From positions 3,765-67,764 of the forward strand of contig DATDFC010000041.1 in NCBI GenBank assembly GCA_036522815.1: a DNA stretch of 64,000 nt. Reading direction: 5' to 3'. The number at the start of each line of letters is the position of its first letter. Positions within the stretch are counted from its first letter, which is position 1. Shown here piece by piece: positions 28,026 through 36,396 of this stretch. The DNA is from Gemmatimonadales bacterium (lineage in GTDB: Bacteria > Gemmatimonadota > Gemmatimonadetes > Gemmatimonadales > GWC2-71-9). Below the pieces are notes generated by a model. The model ran no database searches, had not been told where the DNA came from, and worked only from the letters and a program-made list of their open reading frames with translations. The translations under genes and the position numbers were made by a program.

Positions 28026-28880
28026 GTGGGAATAGTCGACTCCCACGTCCATTTCTGGAATCCCGCCGAGCTGCACTATCCCTGGCTCGACGCGCTACCG
28101 TCGCTCCAGCGCGCGTTTCTTCCACCGGACTACGCGGCCGCGACCGGTCGGATCCCTATCGATCACATCGTGTTCGTGGAGGCCAATTGCCGGCCGGAAG
28201 AAGCCCGGCGGGAGGTGGAGTTCGTGGAGCGCCTGGCGGAGGTGGAGCCGCGCATCGCGGGGATGGTCGCCTTCGTCGATGTGGCTCAGGGACTCGGGGC
28301 TCGGGGCTCGGGGCTCGGGAAAAAGCTGGAGGCGTTCTCGCGCTCGACGCTCGTTAAAGGCATCCGACAGAACATCCAGGGTCATTCCGCCGGCTTCTGC
28401 GTGCAGCGCGCGTTCATCGAGGGAGTGCGAGAGGTGGGGCGCCTGGGCCTGGTCTTCGATCTGTGCGCCACCCACGACCAACTTCGCGAGGTGACGGAGC
28501 TCATCGAACAGTGCCCCGACACCCCGTTCGTGCTCGATCACTGCGGCAAGCCCGCGATCCACGATGGGGGGGGCTTCGAAGCGTGGAGCGCCGACATCAC
28601 GCGGCTGGCGGCGCACGCGAACGTGTGCTGCAAGCTGTCGGGACTGCTCACCGAGGCGGGAGAAGCCTCGTGCCCAGAGGACCTCCTTCCCTACGCCGGG
28701 CGTGTGGTCGCGTGCTTCAGTCCGGAGCGCGTGCTGTACGGCAGCGACTGGCCGGTCCTGACGCTGGCGGGAGATTATGGCACGTGGTACGGCTTCACGG
28801 AGCGGTTCACACGAGGATGGAGCGCCAGCGAGCGCAGCCGGTTTTACGGTGACAACGCGGCCCGGGTGTACGGCCTGTGA
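28026..28880 (+). CDS. Amidohydrolase-family sugar lactonase (L-fuconolactonase-like)
   Basis: 'DSHVHFW', 'YPWL', 'VLDHCGKP', 'KLSG', 'YGSDWPV'. GTG after GGAGG. Confidence 0.85.
   Translation: MGIVDSHVHFWNPAELHYPWLDALPSLQRAFLPPDYAAATGRIPIDHIVFVEANCRPEEARREVEFVERLAEVEPRIAGMVAFVDVAQGLGARGSGLGKKLEAFSRSTLVKGIRQNIQGHSAGFCVQRAFIEGVREVGRLGLVFDLCATHDQLREVTELIEQCPDTPFVLDHCGKPAIHDGGGFEAWSADITRLAAHANVCCKLSGLLTEAGEASCPEDLLPYAGRVVACFSPERVLYGSDWPVLTLAGDYGTWYGFTERFTRGWSASERSRFYGDNAARVYGL
28289..28320 (+). repeat. (GGGGCTC)4 heptamer array inside the lactonase CDS
   Basis: GGGACTC GGGGCTC GGGGCTC GGGGCTC GGGA, translated as GLGARGSGLG. Confidence 0.85.
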
Positions 28881-29650
28881 ACGAGATCGAGCACAAGGTC
28901 GCGCTCGTCACGGGGGGCGGATCGGGCATCGGCCGGGCGATCGCACTGCGGTTCGCCCGCGCGGGCGGGCGAGTCGCCGTGCTGGACGTGGCCGAGCCCG
29001 CGGCGGGGGACGTGGCGCGCGAGATCGCCGCCTGCGGGAGTGAAGGCCTCGCCGTTCCCTGCGACGTGAGCCGGCAGGCCGACGTGCGGCGCGCCTTTGA
29101 GGCAGTCGCCGAGCGGTTCGGCCCGGCGGACATCCTCGTCAACAGCGCCGGGATCGCCCACGTCGGCACCGTGGAGCAGACGTCCGAGGATGACCTCGAC
29201 CGGCTCTATGCCGTGAACGTGAAGGGCGTCTACCACTGCATGCGGGCGGCCGTCCTTCAGATGAAAGGACGCGGCGGCGTGATCCTCAACATTGCGTCGG
29301 TGGCATCGACCGTGGGGATTCCCGACCGGTTCGCCTATTCGATGACCAAGGGCGCCGTGCTGACCATGACGTACTCGGTGGCGCGCGACTATGTGGCGCA
29401 GGGGATCCGCTGCAACGCCATCGCGCCGGGGCGGGTCCATACACCGTTCGTGGACGGGTTCCTGGCCAAGAACTATCCCGGCCGGGAACGGGAGATGTTC
29501 GAACAGCTGTCCCGTACGCAGCCGATCGGGCGCATGGGACGACCGGAAGAAATGGCCGAGCTGGCGCTGTTCCTCTGCTCCGATGCGGCGGCGTTCATCA
29601 CGGGGAGCAATTACGCCATCGACGGCGGCTTTGTCACCTTGAAGATGTGA
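28877..29650 (+). CDS. SDR oxidoreductase (2-keto-3-deoxy-L-fuconate dehydrogenase-like)
   Basis: 'TGGGSGIG', 'NSAG', YxxxK 'YSMTK', 'RFAY', 'QPIGRMG.PEE'. Fucose-pathway context. Confidence 0.85.
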   Translation: MNEIEHKVALVTGGGSGIGRAIALRFARAGGRVAVLDVAEPAAGDVAREIAACGSEGLAVPCDVSRQADVRRAFEAVAERFGPADILVNSAGIAHVGTVEQTSEDDLDRLYAVNVKGVYHCMRAAVLQMKGRGGVILNIASVASTVGIPDRFAYSMTKGAVLTMTYSVARDYVAQGIRCNAIAPGRVHTPFVDGFLAKNYPGREREMFEQLSRTQPIGRMGRPEEMAELALFLCSDAAAFITGSNYAIDGGFVTLKM

Positions 29651-29653
29651 GCG

Positions 29654-30547
29654 ATGAAACTCATCCGATTCGGGTCTCCTGGCGAGGAGCGCCCCGGCCT
29701 GATCCTGCCTGACGGGCGGCGCATCGACGCCTCCGGGTTCGGCACGGACTACGACCAGACGTTTTTCGAATCCGGCGGCCTCGCGCGACTGGCGCGGTGG
29801 GGGGCGCGTGAAGGCGCTGCGGCGCCCGCCGTCCCCGACGGCAAGCGGCTGGGACCCCCGCTTTGCCGGCCCAGCAAGATCGTGTGCGTCGGTCTCAACT
29901 ATCGAGACCACGCGCGCGAGACGGGTCAGGAGGTGCCCAAGGAGCCGGTCCTGTTCTTCAAGGCCACGAGCGCCATCTGCGGCCCCAACGACGACGTGGT
30001 CATCCCGCGCGGCGCCACCAAGGTGGACTGGGAGGTGGAGCTGGCGGTCGTGATCGGCCGCCGGGCGGCGTACGTCACGCCGGACGACGCACCGCGGCAC
30101 GTCGCGGGCTATGTGCTGCACAACGACTATTCCGAGCGGTCGTTCCAGCTGGAGCGGGGCGGGCAATGGGTCAAGGGCAAGAGCTGCGACACGTTCGCGC
30201 CGCTCGGGCCGTTCCTCGCCACCCCCGACGAGCTGCGCGACGTCCACGACCTGCCGCTCTGGCTCAAGGTCAACGGCGAGACGCGGCAGTCCAGCTCGAC
30301 CCGCGAGCTCGTGTTCGGCGTCCCCGCGCTCGTCAGTTATATCAGCCAGTTCATGACGCTCCTGCCGGGGGACATCATCTCCACCGGCACGCCGGCGGGC
30401 GTGGGCCTGGGACTGCGCCCGCCGCGCTACCTGGTGGCCGGTGACGAGGTGGAGCTCGGGATCGACGGGTTGGGCTCATCGCGGCAACGCGTGCGCGCCT
30501 TTGAAGCGGGGCTCGGGGTTCGGGGCTCGGGGCTCGGGATGCCGTGA
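29654..30547 (+). CDS. Fumarylacetoacetate hydrolase family protein (2,4-diketo-3-deoxy-L-fuconate hydrolase-like)
   Basis: 'KIVCVGLNY.DH', 'DWEVEL', 'NDYSER', 'GKSCDTF', 'GDIISTGTPAGVG'. Confidence 0.9.
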   Translation: MKLIRFGSPGEERPGLILPDGRRIDASGFGTDYDQTFFESGGLARLARWGAREGAAAPAVPDGKRLGPPLCRPSKIVCVGLNYRDHARETGQEVPKEPVLFFKATSAICGPNDDVVIPRGATKVDWEVELAVVIGRRAAYVTPDDAPRHVAGYVLHNDYSERSFQLERGGQWVKGKSCDTFAPLGPFLATPDELRDVHDLPLWLKVNGETRQSSSTRELVFGVPALVSYISQFMTLLPGDIISTGTPAGVGLGLRPPRYLVAGDEVELGIDGLGSSRQRVRAFEAGLGVRGSGLGMP

Positions 30548-30585
30548 GTGGTCCGAGCCCCGAATCCCGAGCCCCGACCCCCGAG
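30508..30585. repeat. Inverted heptamer arrays (GGGGCTC)4 / (CCGAGCC)4-5 straddling the FAH-SDR junction
   Basis: G-rich arm 30508-30539, C-rich arm 30553-30585. The GTGA stop/start overlap lies in the loop. Confidence 0.85.
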
Positions 30586-31356
30586 ACGAACAGGCGTTTG
30601 GCGGGGAAAGCAGTGGTGATCACCGGCGCCGCGAGCGGCATCGGACGGGCGAGCGCGCTGCGCTTCGCCGGTGCGGGCGCCCGCCTGCTCCTCGTGGACG
30701 CGCAGGGCGCCGCGGGCGAGGCCCTGGTGCAGGAGATCGAGCGGTCGGGGGGAACCGCGCGCTTCCTGTGCGGCGACATGGGCCGGCGCGGCGACAGCGA
30801 GCGCATGATCGACGCTTGCGTCGAGCACTACGGCTCCATCGATATCCTGTTCTGCAACGCCGGCGTCAATCTGCCCAAGGTCCTGACCCAGACGTCCGAC
30901 GACGAGATCGACCGGTTGCTGAACGTGAACGTGAAAGGCCCGATGTACGCCGTCCGCCACGCGCTCCCCATCATGGTGGCGCAGCCCGGCGGCGGCGTGA
31001 TCTTGTTCACCGCCTCGAAGACCGGGCTCGTGGCGCAAACCGACTCGCCCGTCTACTGCGCGTCCAAGGGAGCCGTGGTGATGCTCGCCAAAGCGCTGGC
31101 GCTCGACTACGCCACGCGCGGGATCCGCGTGAACGCCCTCTGCCCCGGGATCATCGACACGCCGATGCTGCGCGACTTTGCCGACGCGATGCCCGATCCG
31201 GCGGCGGCATGGGCGGCGTACACGGCCGCGCAGCCGCTGGGACGCTTGGGCACTCCCGAGGAGTGCGCCGACGCCGCGCTTTGGCTGGTTTCTCCGGAAG
31301 CCTCGTTCGTCACGGGCGTCGCGCTCCCCGTGGACGGCGGCTTCACCGCGATGTAG
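30544..31356 (+). CDS. SDR oxidoreductase (candidate L-fucose/aldose dehydrogenase)
   Basis: 'TGAASGIG', 'CNAG', YxxxK 'YCASK', 'G..LPVDGG'. Substrate inferred from context only. Confidence 0.85.
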   Translation: MSGPSPESRAPTPETNRRLAGKAVVITGAASGIGRASALRFAGAGARLLLVDAQGAAGEALVQEIERSGGTARFLCGDMGRRGDSERMIDACVEHYGSIDILFCNAGVNLPKVLTQTSDDEIDRLLNVNVKGPMYAVRHALPIMVAQPGGGVILFTASKTGLVAQTDSPVYCASKGAVVMLAKALALDYATRGIRVNALCPGIIDTPMLRDFADAMPDPAAAWAAYTAAQPLGRLGTPEECADAALWLVSPEASFVTGVALPVDGGFTAM

Positions 31357-31382
31357 CCCCGAGCCCCGACCCCCGAGCCCCC
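31357..31382 (+). repeat. C-rich heptamer array between SDR and fuconate dehydratase
   Basis: ccccgagccccgacccccgagccccc. 31358-31377 is identical to 30566-30585. Confidence 0.85.
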
Positions 31383-32681
31383 ATGCCCAGTACCATCACC
31401 CGTATCGACGCCCTCGACGTCCGGTTCCCCACCTCGCGGGAGCGGGACGGCTCCGACGCCATGAGCCCGGACCCGGACTACTCCGCGGCGTACGCCATTC
31501 TCCGCACCGATCGGCCCGACGGCCTGACCGGACACGGGCTCACGTTCACCGCCGGGCGGGGCAACGAGCTGTGCGTCGCCGCGATTCGCTCGCTCGCACC
31601 CCTGGTGCAGGGTCTCACGCTCGAGCAGATCAAGGACGACATGGCCGGTTTCTGGCGGCGGCTCACGAGCGACTCGCAGATGCGCTGGGTGGGACCGGAA
31701 AAGGGGGTGCTGCACCTCGCCACGGCGGCCATCGTGAACGCCGTGTGGGACCTCTACGCCAAGATCGAGCGCAAGCCGCTCTGGAAGCTGCTCGCCGACA
31801 TGAGTCCCGAGGCGCTGGTGCGCTGCATCGACTTCCGCTACATCACCGACGCGCTCACGCCGGACGAGGCCCTCGTGCTGCTGCGCCGGCACGCTCCCAC
31901 GCGGGCAGCGCGAGAAGCGGAAATCCGCGCCACGGGCTACCCCGCATACACCACCTCCGCCGGCTGGCTTGGCTACCCCGACGACAAGATCCGCCGCTTG
32001 TGCCGCGAGGGCGTGGCGCGCGGCTGGTCGCACTTCAAGATCAAGGTCGGACGGGACCTGCAGGACGACATGCGGCGCGCCGCCTTGGTGCGCCAGGAGA
32101 TCGGGCCCGATCGCAAGCTCATGGTGGACGCCAATCAGGTCTGGGACGTGAACCAGGCCATCGCCTGGATGCATGAGCTGGCCCGGTTCGATCCCTGGTG
32201 GATCGAAGAGCCGACCAGCCCGGACGACGTGCTGGGCCACGCGACGATAGCCAAGGCGGTGGCCCCCATCGGCGTCGCGACCGGCGAGCAATGCCAGAAC
32301 CGCGTCGTCTTCAAGCAGCTGATGCAGGTCAAGGCGATTCAGTTCTGTCAGGTCGACAGCTGCCGACTGGGCGGCGTGAACGAGGTGCTGGCGGTGCTGC
32401 TGCTCGCGGCCAAATTCGGGATTCCGGTATGTCCCCATGCGGGCGGTGTCGGGTTGTGCGAGTACGTGCAGCACCTCGCGATGTTCGACTACATCGCCGT
32501 CAGCGCCTCGCTCGAGAATCGCGTGGTGGAATACGTGGACCACTTGCATGAGCACTTTGTCGACCCCGTGGTGGTGCGCGACGGCCGCTACCTGGCGCCG
32601 ACGGCGCCGGGGTACAGTATCGAGATGAAGCCGGAGAGCCGGGAGACGTACAGGTATCCTGACGGGGCGGCGTGGAAATAA
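31383..32681 (+). CDS. L-fuconate dehydratase (mandelate racemase/enolase superfamily, ENOSF1-like)
   Basis: 'DVRFPTS..DGSDAM.PDPDYSAAY', 'GPEKGV.HLA', KxK 'FKIKVG', 'DANQ.W', 'IEEPTSPDD', 'VCPHAGGVGL', 'EYVDHLHEHF'. Confidence 0.93.
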   Translation: MPSTITRIDALDVRFPTSRERDGSDAMSPDPDYSAAYAILRTDRPDGLTGHGLTFTAGRGNELCVAAIRSLAPLVQGLTLEQIKDDMAGFWRRLTSDSQMRWVGPEKGVLHLATAAIVNAVWDLYAKIERKPLWKLLADMSPEALVRCIDFRYITDALTPDEALVLLRRHAPTRAAREAEIRATGYPAYTTSAGWLGYPDDKIRRLCREGVARGWSHFKIKVGRDLQDDMRRAALVRQEIGPDRKLMVDANQVWDVNQAIAWMHELARFDPWWIEEPTSPDDVLGHATIAKAVAPIGVATGEQCQNRVVFKQLMQVKAIQFCQVDSCRLGGVNEVLAVLLLAAKFGIPVCPHAGGVGLCEYVQHLAMFDYIAVSASLENRVVEYVDHLHEHFVDPVVVRDGRYLAPTAPGYSIEMKPESRETYRYPDGAAWK

Positions 32682-32723
32682 GCCCTAAGTACGATGAGGA
32701 GATCGATCTCACCGTCCCGGGCC

Positions 32724-32805
32724 TTCCCACGCTGAAGCGTGGGCCCGACACAGCACTGCGCCTGAGGCGCAGTGGTTCACTGGGCCCACTCTTCTAGAGT
32801 GGGAA
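32724..32805. repeat. REP/REPIN-like nested inverted repeat upstream of the fucosidase
   Basis: Three local hairpins (32726-32743, 32754-32774, 32785-32803) that together form one imperfect 82-nt inverted repeat. Confidence 0.75.
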
Positions 32806-32822
32806 TGAACAGAGGAGATGAC

Positions 32823-34271
32823 ATGTCGCTGCGCCGTATCGTCGTCCTCGTGTTGATCCTTTGCTGCGCCGGCCGTCTCCAACCAGCGCGCGCCCAGGAT
32901 TTCACCCACGAAACGCCGCCTCAGCGCGACGCCCGCATGAACTGGTGGCGCGACGCGCGCTTCGGGATGTTCATCCACTGGGGGGCCTACGCCGTCGCCG
33001 CCGGCACGTACAAGGGCGAGCGCATCCCGGGCATCGGCGAATGGATCATGAGCCGGGGACACATCCCCATCCCAGACTACGAGGAGTTCGTCCACCGCTT
33101 CAACCCCACACGGTTCGATCCCGATGAATGGGTGCGCATCGCCAAGGACGCGGGGATGAAGTACATGGTCATCACGTCGAAGCATCACGACGGGTTCGCC
33201 ATCTTCGACTCGAAGGTCTCGCGCTACGACATCGTCGACGCGACGCCGTACAAGCGGGACGCGCTCAAGGCGCTGGCGCAGGCGGCCCATCGCGCGGGCC
33301 TCAAGTTCGGCGTGTATTACTCGATCATGGACTGGCACCACCCCGACGCCCAGGGTCCGAACGCACCCGAATACAATTCACGCACCTGGAGCAATCCCGC
33401 TTTCGGTCGCTACGTCGAGACGTACATGAAGCCGCAGCTCAAGGAGCTGCTCACGCAGTATCCCGAGATCGACGTGCTCTGGTTCGATGGCGAATGGATC
33501 GCCGACTGGAACGACGACCGCGGACGGGATCTCTACGACTACGTCCGCGCGATCCGCCCGAGCCTCATCGTGAACAACCGGGTGGGGCACACGCGCCAGG
33601 GACTGAGCGGCCTGAACCAGGCGGGACAGATCGGGCTGGGCGACTTCGGGACCCCCGAGCAACAGGTGCCCCCCGAAGGGCTTCCCGGTGTCGACTGGGA
33701 AACCTGCATGACGATGAACGACACCTGGGGCTACAAGTCGTACGACGACGACTGGAAGGACACGCGCACCCTGCTCCGCACGCTGATCGACGTGGCCTCG
33801 AAAGGCGGCAACTTCCTGTTGAACGTGGGGCCGACGGCGCAAGGCCTGCTCCCGGAGCCCATCGTCTCGCGCCTGCACGAGATGGGCGACTGGATGAAAG
33901 CCAACGGCGAGGCGATTTACGGCACGACCGCGAGTGCTTACGGCCTGCCCCCGTGGGGGCGCTACACGGCCAAACCGGGCAAGCTGTACGCCCACGTGTT
34001 CGACTGGCCCAAGGACGGGAAACTGTTGCTCGCGGGCGTCCGCGAACCGCCGAGCTCCGCCACTCTGCTCGCGGACGGAAAGCCGCTGGCGATCGAGCGC
34101 GGGGATTCAGGGGTGGTCGTGCAGTTGCCCCGGGTCCCGCCGAGCACGATCGCGTCGGTGGTCGAACTGCAGGTTGGGAGAGGTTCTGGAGGTTCTGAAG
34201 GTTGTGGAGGTTGTCTCGGCTCAAACCTCCAGAACCTTCACAACGTCCACAACCTCCACAACCTCCGGTGA
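32823..34271 (+). CDS. Alpha-L-fucosidase, GH29, secreted
   Basis: AGAGGAG RBS, signal peptide, 'WW.DARFGMFIHWG', 'TSKHHDGF', 'LWFDG', 'WETCMT', 'GGNFLLNVGP'. Confidence 0.95.
   Translation: MSLRRIVVLVLILCCAGRLQPARAQDFTHETPPQRDARMNWWRDARFGMFIHWGAYAVAAGTYKGERIPGIGEWIMSRGHIPIPDYEEFVHRFNPTRFDPDEWVRIAKDAGMKYMVITSKHHDGFAIFDSKVSRYDIVDATPYKRDALKALAQAAHRAGLKFGVYYSIMDWHHPDAQGPNAPEYNSRTWSNPAFGRYVETYMKPQLKELLTQYPEIDVLWFDGEWIADWNDDRGRDLYDYVRAIRPSLIVNNRVGHTRQGLSGLNQAGQIGLGDFGTPEQQVPPEGLPGVDWETCMTMNDTWGYKSYDDDWKDTRTLLRTLIDVASKGGNFLLNVGPTAQGLLPEPIVSRLHEMGDWMKANGEAIYGTTASAYGLPPWGRYTAKPGKLYAHVFDWPKDGKLLLAGVREPPSSATLLADGKPLAIERGDSGVVVQLPRVPPSTIASVVELQVGRGSGGSEGCGGCLGSNLQNLHNVHNLHNLR
34171..34266. repeat. Inverted nonamer tandem repeat (AGGTTSTGG)n / (AACCTCCAS)n in the fucosidase 3' end
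   Basis: About five AGGTT-type units at 34171-34214 and five AACCTCCA-type units at 34224-34266. Translated as GRGSGGSEGCGGCLGSNLQNLHNVHNLHNLR. Confidence 0.88.
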
Positions 34272-35410
34272 AAGCCGCGCTTCTCTGCGACGTCGGCCGG
34301 ATCGAGATACGGGACGTCCGGTGCCCTGATCCCGGGCCCCGGGAAATCCTGCTGCGCGTCGCCGCCGTCGGACTGTGCGGCACCGACTGGCACATCTTCG
34401 CGGGGCACGGCAATTACCACCGCGACGAGCGCGGCCGGCCGATTCCGCTGGCGCGCGAGCCGCAGATCCTGGGGCATGAGATCGCGGGTATCGTAGAAGA
34501 AACGGGCGCGGACGTGCAGGACCTGCATCCCGGCGATCGCGTCGTAGTCGATCAAGGACGGAGCTGTGTGAGCGAAGGGCGCTCGCTGCCGTGTGAATAT
34601 TGCGCCAGCGGCGACTCGCATCAGTGTGAGCAGTATCAGGAGCACGGCATCACCGGCCTGCCGGGCGGACTGGCCGAATACCTGGCCATCCCGGCGGTGA
34701 ACGCGGTGCGCATCGAGGGGGGGGCGCTCGACGCCGCCACGCCCGCGCTGACAGAGCCGCTGGGGTGCGTGGTGCACGCGTCGGACGTGCTGCTGCGGAC
34801 GCCGGCGCGCTACGAACTGCAGGGCGGCAGGGGCGGCAAGGAGCGGTACGTGCTCATCTGCGGGGCGGGTCCCGCGGGTCTCTTGTGGGTGCAGTACCTG
34901 CGCAACGTGCTGGGTTTCGACGGTGTCTTGCTCGTCACCGAGCCGAGCGCCGCCAAGCGCACCCTGGCCGAGCGGTTCGGGGCGGAGACGATCGACCCGA
35001 CGGCTGCGGATCTGGTGGACGCCGTGCTGGCCCGCACGTGCGGCCGCCGGGTGGAAGTGCTGGTCGAGGCCACGGGATCGGGAACGATGCTCGCGTCCAT
35101 CGCGCCGCTGGTGCGCAAGCAGGCGACGGTGCTGTTGTACGGGCACGGCCATGCGGGAGTGGACGTGAGCGTGCTGAGCCAGCTCCAGTTCCGCGAGCCC
35201 GTGCTGCTCTCGCCGGTCGGGGCATCGGGCGGCCACGAGCCCGACGGCCGGCCCTCCACATACGTGCGCGCGCTGCGGTTGATCGAGCACGGCCGGGTGG
35301 ACGTGGCTCCGCTGATCACGCATCGCTACCGCTCGCTCGACCAAGTGCCCGGCGCATTCGCCGGGGATTACGCCGCCCCGGACTACATCAAGGGAGTAGT
35401 GACTCTGTGA
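34268..35410 (+). CDS. Zn-dependent medium-chain (sugar-acid/polyol) dehydrogenase
   Basis: 'GLCGTD.H', 'GHE', structural Zn Cys cluster 'C...CEYC..G..HQC', 'EPLGC', 'GAGPAG'. GTGA overlap. Confidence 0.9.
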   Translation: MKAALLCDVGRIEIRDVRCPDPGPREILLRVAAVGLCGTDWHIFAGHGNYHRDERGRPIPLAREPQILGHEIAGIVEETGADVQDLHPGDRVVVDQGRSCVSEGRSLPCEYCASGDSHQCEQYQEHGITGLPGGLAEYLAIPAVNAVRIEGGALDAATPALTEPLGCVVHASDVLLRTPARYELQGGRGGKERYVLICGAGPAGLLWVQYLRNVLGFDGVLLVTEPSAAKRTLAERFGAETIDPTAADLVDAVLARTCGRRVEVLVEATGSGTMLASIAPLVRKQATVLLYGHGHAGVDVSVLSQLQFREPVLLSPVGASGGHEPDGRPSTYVRALRLIEHGRVDVAPLITHRYRSLDQVPGAFAGDYAAPDYIKGVVTL

Positions 35411-36396
35411 GAGCCTTCATGTCCACGGTCCTGTGCGCCGCGCTGTTGGCGGGCTGCAGCCGCTCCGGCTCCGACAAGGAGCTCGCGATCGCCGTCATTC
35501 CCAAGGGCACGACGCACGAGTTCTGGAAGAGCATCCATGCCGGCGCGATCCAGGCCGCGCGCGAGCTCTCGACCCAGGGAACGCCGGTGCGCATCGTGTG
35601 GAAGGGACCGTTCCGCGAGGACGACCGCGAGCAGCAGGTGCAGGTCGTGGAGGGGTTTCTCAGCCAGGGCATCCGCGGGATCGTGTTGGCACCGCTCGAC
35701 AACCGCGCCCTGGTGCGTCCGGTGGAGGAGGCGCAGCGGGCGGGCGTGTCCACGGTCATCATCGACTCCGGTCTCGAGTCGGACGTCCCGATCAGCTTTG
35801 TGGCGACGGACAACCGCAAGGGCGGGCGCATGGCCGCGGACCGGCTGGGCGAGGTGCTGGGCGGTCGCGGCAAGGCGCTGCTGCTGCGTTATGCCGAAGG
35901 CTCCGCCTCCACGACGGACCGGGAAGCCGGCTTCCTCGAGGAGCTGCGCTCCCGCTACCCGAGGGTCGAGCTGATTTCGACCGATCAATACGCCGGACCG
36001 ACGCGCGAGACCGCCAAGCAGGCCTCGGAGAACCTGCTCAACCGCTACGGCGGCGTGCTGCAGGGGATCTTCACGCCCAACGAATCGTCCACGATCGGCA
36101 TGCTGCTCGCGTTGCAGGACATCGGCAAGGCCGGCAAGCTGCGATTCGTGGGGTTCGACGCGAGCGCCATCCTCATCGACGCGGTGCGCAACCATCAGCT
36201 CGACGGCGTCGTGGTGCAGAACCCCATGCGCATGGGGTACCTGGGGGTGACGGCGATGGTCGACCACCTGCGCGGCAAGCCGGTCGAGCGCCGCATCGAC
36301 ACCGGCGTCATGCTGGTCACCGCGGCGAACCTCGACTCCGCCGCGACGCAGGAGCTCATCCACCCGCCGATCGCGCGGTATCTCACGGAGCAATGA
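35407..36396 (+). CDS. Sugar ABC transporter substrate-binding lipoprotein (RbsB-like)
   Basis: Lipobox 'LAGC', 'IPKGTTHEFWKS', 'ATDNRKGG', 'VGFD', 'QNPMRMGY'. Confidence 0.92.
   Translation: MRAFMSTVLCAALLAGCSRSGSDKELAIAVIPKGTTHEFWKSIHAGAIQAARELSTQGTPVRIVWKGPFREDDREQQVQVVEGFLSQGIRGIVLAPLDNRALVRPVEEAQRAGVSTVIIDSGLESDVPISFVATDNRKGGRMAADRLGEVLGGRGKALLLRYAEGSASTTDREAGFLEELRSRYPRVELISTDQYAGPTRETAKQASENLLNRYGGVLQGIFTPNESSTIGMLLALQDIGKAGKLRFVGFDASAILIDAVRNHQLDGVVVQNPMRMGYLGVTAMVDHLRGKPVERRIDTGVMLVTAANLDSAATQELIHPPIARYLTEQ

Noticed and set aside
27910..34266. Repeat arrays as CRISPR
   Set aside because: Units are 7-9 nt, directly tandem, with no unique spacers and no cas genes.
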